From IMG/VR virus record IMGVR_UViG_3300048924_000203, positions 86,232-108,881 of that record: DNA of 22,650 nucleotides; one strand, given 5' to 3'. The notes under the pieces are model-generated. The model had not been told where the DNA came from, ran no database searches, and saw only the letters and a program-made list of their open reading frames with translations. The position numbers were made by a program, and so were the translations under genes. Each line of letters opens with the position of its first letter. The first letter of the stretch is position 1. This document shows, piece by piece, positions 16,716 to 22,650 of this stretch. Source of the stretch: a virus. Lineage: Duplodnaviria > Heunggongvirae > Uroviricota > Caudoviricetes.

Positions 16716-16841
16716 ATGCGCCAGACGATAACCGCCATAGCCGCCGGGACGGTCCTCGGCCTGGTGCTGTTCGCAGGCATGGGACTGGTGTTCATGAAGT
16801 GGGGCGCCGACCCCGCCAAAGACCCGCTGGTGCCGTGGTGA
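16716..16841 (+). CDS. Small single-pass membrane protein (41 aa; below the ORF track cutoff)
   Basis: MRQTITAIAAGTVLGLVLFAGMGLVFMKWGADPAKDPLVPW; its stop overlaps the next GTG (GTGA). Confidence 0.7.
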   Translation: MRQTITAIAAGTVLGLVLFAGMGLVFMKWGADPAKDPLVPW

Positions 16842-17140
16842 GCCGCATGTACGTCCTGATGTCCGGCAACACGCCGCTGTCGGTGGCGGAGCGCCGCGAA
16901 CGGCTGTGTGAGCGGATGGCGGACTTCAAGGCAGAGGTCCAGTCGCACATGGAAATCGTGGAAGTCGAGGTACTTGGAATGTACGTGCCGAAGATCATGG
17001 ACCGGCTGATCGACCGAATCGCTGAGCGCGTCGCGCAGGAAGTCGCCAAGACGCTACCCGAGATCGGCGAGCACGTGGCCCAGGCCATCGTCGCGGAAGT
17101 ACTCGGCCGGCTGCCGTTCGGATCGGCGTTCAAGCGATGA
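16838..17140 (+). CDS. Pre-lysin protein, possible Ms6 Gp1-like lysin chaperone (100 aa)
   Basis: GTGA overlap upstream and ATGA overlap with lysin A; amphipathic helix LIDRIAERVAQEVAKTLPEI. Confidence 0.65.
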   Translation: MSRMYVLMSGNTPLSVAERRERLCERMADFKAEVQSHMEIVEVEVLGMYVPKIMDRLIDRIAERVAQEVAKTLPEIGEHVAQAIVAEVLGRLPFGSAFKR

Positions 17141-18702
17141 CCGAGAAGCTGTTGCCCTACGACCGTGCCGTGGTTGCGCAGGAGACGGGGTACTGGTGCG
17201 GGCCCGCCGCGACGCAGGTGGTGCTGAACTCCCGCGGCATCGTTCTCAGTGAGGCCGAGTTGGCCCGTCAGATCGGCACGACTGTCAACGGCACTGACTA
17301 CGTCGGCTTGATCGAACGGGTGCTGGACAACATCACCCCAGACGCCCGGTACACCTCGGTGTATATCGAGAACGACCCGCCGAGCCAGGCACAGAAAGAT
17401 GTGCTCTGGCGCAACATTGTTCGTTCAATCGACGCTGGCTACGGCGTGGTGATGAACTGGGTGGCGCCTCCGTCGAACTACCCGCGCGGCGTGAAGGGGA
17501 GTACCAGCCCGGCGTACGGCGGCGGCACGGTCTTCCACTACGTCGCCTGCATGGGCTACGACGACGAGGCACGTGCGCTGTGGATCGCCGACAGTGGATT
17601 CCGGCCGTTCGGCTACTGGATCAGCTTCGACCAGGCAGCGTCGCTGATCCCACCGAAGGGCTACTGCTACGCCGACATGATCGGCGTCGAACCGCCCACC
17701 GCCGACCTGCAGGCGGTGCAGGTGTTCGCGCAGTTGATGTCGCCGACGGCGCTGACCACCGATCGGCTCGTCGAACTGCTACCGGCTTACAGCCAGTGCC
17801 TGGCCGAGTGCGACTGCACCACCGCACCGCGGATCGCGATGCACGGCGCGCAGATTGGCCACGAATCGGTCGGCCTGCGGTACATGTTCGAGTTGTGGGG
17901 CCCGACTGCTGATCAGGCCGGCTACGAAGGCCGGATCGACCTCGGGAACACCCAGCCGGGCGACGGGTACCGCTTCCGTGGCCGCGGCCCGATACAGGTG
18001 ACCGGCCGGAGCAACTACACCGACCTTTCCGGGTGGGCCTACAGCGAGGGCCTCGTGCCGTCGCCAACGTTCTTCGTTGACGACCCCGACCAGTTAGCCA
18101 GCGACACATACGGATTCATCGGCGTCACCTGGTACTGGACCACTCAGCGACCGATGAACGACGCCGCCGATGCCCGCGACATCGTCCGAGCAACCCAGTA
18201 CATCAACGGCGGCCAGAACGGCATCGACGACCGCCGAAACCGATACAACCACGCCCTCTCGTTGGGCGACCAACTGCTGCAACTACTCGATCAGGGAGAC
18301 GAACTCATGGGCGTGAACGTGGAGCGGCTCAACCAGGCCGTCGACAAGATTCTCGGCGGCGGCACGATGCCCGCGCAGTGGCCATCGCGCGGAATGTTCG
18401 GCCCCGCAGCCGAACCCGCCAGCGGAGTCGACGACACCATCGGGATGCTGCTCAACACCGACGGCAACACGTGGAACATCGTGATGATCGTCGGCGCGCT
18501 TCTCGGCGTGGAACGCGACGTGCAGGCCATCAAGGACAACGCCGCCGGAAAGTTCCCAGCGGGGAGCTACGTCGCCGGCAACGAGTGGCTGCGGAAGCGA
18601 GCACAGGAGTTCGCGCAGAAGCTGCTGCCGCTGTGCGGGCTGCTGACCGCCGACGCGCTGAAGCCGAGCCAGGACATCACCGTCCACAACACGGGCGCAT
18701 AA
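17137..18702 (+). CDS. lysA: Lysin A: N-terminal C39-like peptidase + GH19 glycoside hydrolase + C-terminal putative wall-binding domain
   Basis: QETGYWCGPA...HYVA Cys/His peptidase pattern; AQIGHES...YRFRGRGPIQVTGRSNY...INGG GH19 pattern; C-terminal WPSR...MLLNTDGN segment. Confidence 0.92.
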   Translation: MTEKLLPYDRAVVAQETGYWCGPAATQVVLNSRGIVLSEAELARQIGTTVNGTDYVGLIERVLDNITPDARYTSVYIENDPPSQAQKDVLWRNIVRSIDAGYGVVMNWVAPPSNYPRGVKGSTSPAYGGGTVFHYVACMGYDDEARALWIADSGFRPFGYWISFDQAASLIPPKGYCYADMIGVEPPTADLQAVQVFAQLMSPTALTTDRLVELLPAYSQCLAECDCTTAPRIAMHGAQIGHESVGLRYMFELWGPTADQAGYEGRIDLGNTQPGDGYRFRGRGPIQVTGRSNYTDLSGWAYSEGLVPSPTFFVDDPDQLASDTYGFIGVTWYWTTQRPMNDAADARDIVRATQYINGGQNGIDDRRNRYNHALSLGDQLLQLLDQGDELMGVNVERLNQAVDKILGGGTMPAQWPSRGMFGPAAEPASGVDDTIGMLLNTDGNTWNIVMIVGALLGVERDVQAIKDNAAGKFPAGSYVAGNEWLRKRAQEFAQKLLPLCGLLTADALKPSQDITVHNTGA

Positions 18703-18705
18703 CCG

Positions 18706-19512
18706 ATGTCGCGCCACCTCGCCGTGGTGTTCCGCGGCACCGGCGGCATCGTCGGCCAGGACTACGTCAGCCGCGTCTGCCAAGGCGCGGGCGATCTCGT
18801 CGAAGAGTTCAACCCGCGCTGGCCCGCGACGATGGGTGGACTCCCAGTCGGCGCGGCCGGGAGCATCAGCGACAAGTCGATGCAGCATTCTGTCGCAATC
18901 GCTTTCGCTGACGCGCAGCAGTTGATCGATGCGAAGCTCGCGCTCGAACCGGACCGCGGCATCGTCGTCGGCGGCTACTCCGCTGGCGCCGTCGTGGCCT
19001 CGAAGGTGCGCGAGTGGGTGCTTCAGAAGTACCCGCGGAACTACGTGTGTTCGTTCAGTCTGGGTGATCCGACCCGGCCCGCCGGCGGCGCGTTCTACGC
19101 CGGCACCCCAGCCCCGGGCCGCGGCATCAGCTCGTGGCGGTTCGGCAACGTCTACGACTGGCGGCACTGCTGGCTGGCCAACCCGGGCGACATGTACACC
19201 TCGGTGCCGGACAACCACACCGGCGACATCATGCAGGACGTCTACGACATGGTCACGCGGTTCGAGCTCACCGATCCGATCGGCACCGCGAAGGCGATCG
19301 CGCAGAAGGTTCCCGAGATGGTGACCGGTGCCCTCACCGACCCGATCGCGGCGTTCCAGGCGATCAGCATCGCGACCGGATTCGTCGCGACCAACCCGCC
19401 GACGCTGCCGCACATCACCTACGAGTTCGCCGAAGTGTGGCCCGGCCAGACGTACCTAGGCCTGGCGACCCAACATGTCCGTGATTGGTCCAGCCGCGCT
19501 ATGGCGGCCTAG
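18706..19512 (+). CDS. lysB: Lysin B, cutinase-like mycolyl-arabinogalactan esterase
   Basis: G-Y-S-A-G nucleophile elbow, GDP motif, late H (PHITY); directly after lysin A. Confidence 0.88.
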   Translation: MSRHLAVVFRGTGGIVGQDYVSRVCQGAGDLVEEFNPRWPATMGGLPVGAAGSISDKSMQHSVAIAFADAQQLIDAKLALEPDRGIVVGGYSAGAVVASKVREWVLQKYPRNYVCSFSLGDPTRPAGGAFYAGTPAPGRGISSWRFGNVYDWRHCWLANPGDMYTSVPDNHTGDIMQDVYDMVTRFELTDPIGTAKAIAQKVPEMVTGALTDPIAAFQAISIATGFVATNPPTLPHITYEFAEVWPGQTYLGLATQHVRDWSSRAMAA

Positions 19513-19525
19513 GGAAAGGCACCTG

Positions 19526-19759
19526 ATGTTCACTCGTAAATGGTTCAAGGATGCCGCCGACCGCGTCGGATCCACCGCGCTGTTCGCGTTCCTAGGATAT
19601 CTGCTGTCGCTCGACCACTTCGACTTGTGGGCCGTCAACTGGAAGGCTGCCATCAACGCGACCGTCATCGCTGCCGTCGGCTCGCTGCTCAAGGCACTCG
19701 TTGTCGGTAAGGCCCCGATCGGAACGCCTGACTCTGCGACACCGGTCGATCTTCGATGA
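19526..19759 (+). CDS. Holin (r1t-like), 77 aa
   Basis: SD GAAAGG; MFTRKWFKDAADR N-terminus followed by two hydrophobic segments; located after the lysins. Confidence 0.8.
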   Translation: MFTRKWFKDAADRVGSTALFAFLGYLLSLDHFDLWAVNWKAAINATVIAAVGSLLKALVVGKAPIGTPDSATPVDLR

Positions 19760-20166
19760 TCGCCCGCCGCCGCGACTGGACCCCACGACTCGGCCACCGG
19801 TACCGACGCATCATCTCAATCCTGCTGGCTGCAACGCCTTTCGTCGCCGGTGCTGACTTCCTGATGGGAGAGCACGCAGAAACGTTGACCATCGTCGAAC
19901 GCACCCTCCCGACGGAGGTCTGGGGCGGTCTGCTGGTCCTAGCCGGCACGCTGGCCGCGCTCGGGTATTGGCTGCGCCTGCCTTGGGTATGCATCTTGGG
20001 ACTGCACCTGTCCGGGACACTGTTCGCCGCCCTGTCCGCCGGCATCGCGTGGGCCAGCATCGACGTTGAGGGTGGTTTCCGTGGCCCGTGGCTGTATCTG
20101 ATTGTGTCGCTAATGTCGTGGTTCGCAGCGTTGGGGTACGCAGACCAAGTTCAGGGGAAGTCGTGA
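19756..20166 (+). CDS. Membrane protein with about 4 TM segments (136 aa)
   Basis: ATGA overlap with the holin; four hydrophobic stretches after a basic N-terminus. Confidence 0.8.
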   Translation: MIARRRDWTPRLGHRYRRIISILLAATPFVAGADFLMGEHAETLTIVERTLPTEVWGGLLVLAGTLAALGYWLRLPWVCILGLHLSGTLFAALSAGIAWASIDVEGGFRGPWLYLIVSLMSWFAALGYADQVQGKS

Positions 20167-20600
20167 ATCAGCAAGCGCCCGATGGTATTCCGCCGCTGCT
20201 GTGGCTGGTGCTATTCCTCCTCGTAGGCCCTCCGGCACTGATGTCGAAAGCTGGTGCGAAGCTGCCAGGCTTTCTCGGCTGGGTCGGCCGTAAGTGGCAG
20301 GCCCGCAAAGATCTCACGCCAGAGGAACGGAAATCGTCAGCGTCGTACCGCGTTAGCCAGGCTGAAATCGCCCGTATGGCAGCCGATTACGCGCGAATCA
20401 GCGAGGACTACGAGGAAATGGTCGCTGCGAACGAGAAACGCGACAAGAAGATCGCGGTGCTCGAAGGCGAGATGACGAAGGAGAAGCGGATCCGTTGGGC
20501 CGCGATCGGCTATCTGCGGCAGGTGATCGATTCGCATCGGAAGCACGCACCGGAGTCCGCGATCCCCGACCCGCCTGAGCTGCTTGCTGACATTCTCTGA
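20163..20600 (+). CDS. Membrane-anchored coiled-coil protein (145 aa)
   Basis: GTGA overlap gives start 20163; one N-terminal TM (LLWLVLFLLVGPPALM), then a charged heptad region. Confidence 0.75.
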   Translation: MNQQAPDGIPPLLWLVLFLLVGPPALMSKAGAKLPGFLGWVGRKWQARKDLTPEERKSSASYRVSQAEIARMAADYARISEDYEEMVAANEKRDKKIAVLEGEMTKEKRIRWAAIGYLRQVIDSHRKHAPESAIPDPPELLADIL

Positions 20601-20665
20601 TCTGTCACCCCGTCGGCGCCCGGGTCGACTCTCCCGGCCGGGGCGATCGCCTACAGTGGCACCCC

Positions 20666-20833
20666 GTGACGGAACCTCATCGGCAGCAACGGCCGCGGAC
20701 TCGACCGCTAGCGGAGACGACGATGATTGTCCGGCCACACTGGTCGCTGATCCGCACCTTCGGTGACGACCAGCTCGCCGAAGCTGAGGCCTACGCCTCC
20801 GAGCATGGCTGCACCGTCGAAAAGCTGGGCTAG
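20666..20833 (+). CDS. Small hypothetical protein (55 aa; alternative ATG 20723, 36 aa)
   Basis: Open frame MTEPHRQQRPRTRPLAETTMIVRPHWSLIRTFGDDQLAEAEAYASEHGCTVEKLG; TACAGT 8 nt before the GTG; GGAG before ATG 20723; converges on the next gene without overlap. Confidence 0.55.
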   Translation: MTEPHRQQRPRTRPLAETTMIVRPHWSLIRTFGDDQLAEAEAYASEHGCTVEKLG

Positions 20834-20857
20834 CAGAGAGCCGCTTCTCCGCGAGAA

Positions 20858-21154
20858 CTATGGGTAGATGTGGTACTGGGGTTGTCCGATCGGAACAACA
20901 GGCCACGGTTCCGCCGGGTTGACTGGCCAGCACTTGCCATAGGCGGGGGTGACGCCCGCGATCTGCCCGTACTGACCGAAGTACGGCTGCTGGTTGACGC
21001 TCACGCACCGGTCCCACGTTCCATCAGGGCGGGGCTGGCTGTCGCAGTACATCGCGCCTAGGGCGTTCGTTTCGCACCCGGCCGATGCCGGCGCCGCAGT
21101 GACGCCACCGAGAAGTCCCAACGCCACCGCGATAGCCGCCCCCATTCGCATCAT
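20858..21154 (-). CDS. Secreted protein, CDGP-domain-like (98 aa)
   Basis: Signal peptide MMRMGAAIAVALGLLGGVTAAPASA; YCDSQPRPDGTWDRC resembles the mycobacterial CDGP(I)xPDGSWxRC motif; 4 Cys; TATGCT 7 nt before the ATG. Confidence 0.75.
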   Translation of the reverse strand: MMRMGAAIAVALGLLGGVTAAPASAGCETNALGAMYCDSQPRPDGTWDRCVSVNQQPYFGQYGQIAGVTPAYGKCWPVNPAEPWPVVPIGQPQYHIYP

Positions 21155-21267
21155 GGACGGGAGCATACGACCACGCTCAGGGACCCGGCAGGAGAACTGC
21201 CAGTAAGTGCCCAGGAATGACGGATTCGTCTGGCCGCAAGCAAGACGGTTCGGATACGGTGCGATTC
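21155..21267. promoter_or_regulatory. Divergent promoter region (secreted protein / integrase)
   Basis: - strand TATGCT (21167-21162), 7 nt from ATG 21154; + strand TACGGT (21255-21260), 7 nt from GTG 21268; neither gene has an SD. Confidence 0.5.
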
Positions 21268-22437
21268 GTGCCACGACAGCGGATGAAGCCTGGCGAGTAC
21301 GGGAAGATCACCACGAAGACCCTCAGCCCGAATCTCGTCGAGGCCCGGACGTACGTCCGGGACGATGACGGGCGGCGCCGCCAGGTCCGTCGCACGGGTC
21401 GTTCAGCTGAGGCCGCCGAGCGGACCCTCAAGCAGCACTTGAAGGCCCGGACGACGCCCGTCGAAGGCCAGTTGGTCACCGAGGTGACGACGCTCTCGGA
21501 GCTGTTCGAGATCTGGATCAAGGTCAAGGTTGCCGAGGATGACCTGAAAGCGCAGTCCGTCGGCACCTACACGCAGGCTTGGACCGCGTACGGGGACCGT
21601 CAGCTCGGGCAGTTGCGGATCAACGAGCTGCAGACCGCGAAAGCCGACCGGTATCTGAAGTCCATGACTGCGCGGTCGGGCGCCCTGACGTTGCGCAAGG
21701 TGCTCAAGGGCATGTACGCGCTGGCTGTCCGGTACGGGGTCGTCCAGATCAACCCGATCGAGGGTGCGCGGCCGGCCTCGGCCAAGAAGAAGCCTCCGGT
21801 CCCGATGGTGACGCCTGAGATTTATACGGAGGTCGTGGCGCACATCAAGGCGTACACGGCCGCGACGAAATCGGGGCCGCCCCGCGGCCGTTACCTACTG
21901 CCGTTCGTCGAGCTGCTCGCCGCCACCGGTGGTCGAACCAACGAGGTGCTGGCCGCGTTGTGGGAAGAGGTCGATCTGCTCGCTGATGCCAAGTCCCTGA
22001 CGATCTCCGGCACGTTGCTGGACTACGGGGCGGTGAAGGGGGAGGCGCCGACCCGGCAGGAGGAGCGGAAGAGTGGCGGCGCGGATCTCACGGTGCTGCT
22101 TCCGCCGACGGCAGTGGAATCGTTGGCGACCCTGTTCGGCATCACCGGCCCGACAGGCTTGGTGTTCAAGAACCGGGCCGGCGGTCAGATGTCCGCACAC
22201 AACATGCGGCGGGCGTTGCGCGCCGCGCTACCGGAACACCTGAAGTGGGTGCAGCCGAAGTCTTTTCGGAAGGCCACGGGCACGGTGGTGCGCGACGAGT
22301 TGGGCATCGAGGCGGCGCAGCAGCAGCTCGGGCATGCCCGGTTGTCGACGACGGAGAACAACTACGTGAAGCCGAAGACGGTCGGTCCGGATGCGCGCGC
22401 GGCGTTGGAGCAGTTCATGGGTGCTAAGCGAAAGTGA
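21268..22437 (+). CDS. int: Tyrosine integrase (389 aa; ORF track start 21217)
   Basis: MPRQRMKPGEYGKI N-terminus; catalytic pattern TGGR..E, K, K-S-F-R, LGH, Y near the C-terminus; adjacent to a tRNA 3' end. Confidence 0.93.
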   Translation: MPRQRMKPGEYGKITTKTLSPNLVEARTYVRDDDGRRRQVRRTGRSAEAAERTLKQHLKARTTPVEGQLVTEVTTLSELFEIWIKVKVAEDDLKAQSVGTYTQAWTAYGDRQLGQLRINELQTAKADRYLKSMTARSGALTLRKVLKGMYALAVRYGVVQINPIEGARPASAKKKPPVPMVTPEIYTEVVAHIKAYTAATKSGPPRGRYLLPFVELLAATGGRTNEVLAALWEEVDLLADAKSLTISGTLLDYGAVKGEAPTRQEERKSGGADLTVLLPPTAVESLATLFGITGPTGLVFKNRAGGQMSAHNMRRALRAALPEHLKWVQPKSFRKATGTVVRDELGIEAAQQQLGHARLSTTENNYVKPKTVGPDARAALEQFMGAKRK

Positions 22438-22493
22438 CCGGCGAAAGTAACCGGAAAGTAGTCGAAAATACCCTCGGCGGGTATCACTTTCGC
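22428..22493. repeat. Three direct GAAAGTNNNCG repeats plus one inverted copy (candidate integrase arm-type sites)
   Basis: GAAAGTGACCG 22430, GAAAGTAACCG 22443, GAAAGTAGTCG 22454; GCGAAAGTGA 22428-22437 is the exact reverse complement of TCACTTTCGC 22484-22493. Confidence 0.7.
22464..22484 (-). terminator. Possible intrinsic terminator downstream of the tRNA
   Basis: On the - strand ATACCC-GCCGA-GGGTAT followed by TTTC, about 40 nt after the CCA end. Confidence 0.4.
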
Positions 22494-22523
22494 GAGTTAC
22501 GCCGATGTGCTTCGGCTGGTAGA

Positions 22524-22568
22524 TGGTGCCCTCGGTGAGATTCGAACTCACACTGCACGGGTTTTGAA
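22524..22568. other. Predicted attachment (att) common core: 3' half of tRNA-Leu
   Basis: Integrase next to a tRNA 3' end is the standard tyrosine-integrase arrangement. The duplicate copy at the far prophage end is not in the window, so the limits are inferred. Confidence 0.55.
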
Positions 22569-22600
22569 TCCGTTTCCTCTGCCAGTTGGGATACGAGGGC
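22524..22600 (-). tRNA. tRNA-Leu (anticodon CAA), 77 nt, CCA encoded
   Basis: GCCCTCG/CGAGGGC acceptor stem, TTCAAAA anticodon loop, GTGAG-TTCGAAT-CTCAC T arm, ACCA end. Confidence 0.96.
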
Positions 22601-22650
22601 GTCGCACCGGTTGTTTGGGTGGCGGTGTACCACCATAGTTGATGTGATTC

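Larger units (their letters stand above)
1..22568 (+). mobile_element. Integrated temperate siphovirus (prophage), right portion; left part lies outside the window
   Basis: Co-oriented tape measure, minor tail, fibre, lysin A, lysin B and holin genes, followed by a tyrosine integrase ending 86 nt from the 3' end of a tRNA. The exact right boundary (att core) is inferred. Confidence 0.95.

Noticed and set aside
20834-20857. Terminator between the convergent 20666 and CDGP-like genes
   Set aside because: Only 4-5 bp A/T-containing stems (TTCTC-cgc-GAGAA); too weak to call.
22524-22600. tRNA-Leu with a short (5 nt) variable region and an A-C mismatch in the anticodon stem
   Set aside because: Short-arm tRNA-Leu(CAA) is, to my knowledge, normal in mycobacteria; it is a host feature, not a novelty.
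22632-22637. TATGGT on the - strand as the tRNA promoter -10
   Set aside because: Plausible, but the -35 region falls outside the window, so it cannot be supported.
1-22650. CRISPR array, toxin-antitoxin, ESX-secreted polymorphic toxin cassette, repressor or other defence system
   Set aside because: No spaced repeats or recognisable motifs in this window; the repressor and early genes presumably lie at the other prophage end.

Overview
High-GC actinobacterial (most likely mycobacterial) sequence holding the right-hand half of an integrated temperate siphovirus. Gene order on the + strand: putative lipoprotein, tail assembly chaperone-like gene, 2016-aa tape measure protein, six minor tail/baseplate genes, two paired tail-fibre modules, a second chaperone-like gene pair, a seven-gene lysis region (small TM protein, Gp1-like protein, lysin A, lysin B, holin, two membrane proteins) and a small ORF. 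A secreted CDGP-like protein lies on the - strand, followed by a tyrosine integrase that reads towards the 3' end of a host tRNA-Leu(CAA), the probable attachment site. Most notable observations: (1) a shared GCAC-N10-(T/C)ANNNT-N6-8-start element fills all four 35-62 nt gaps in the morphogenesis region and looks like a phage-specific leaderless late promoter; (2) the tail chaperone is duplicated, and the copy with the frameshift-type extension sits about 15 kb downstream, next to a 13-bp hairpin; (3) two fibre genes share an N-terminal anchor, next to three paralogous baseplate genes. All family assignments come from motif recognition by eye; no searches were run.
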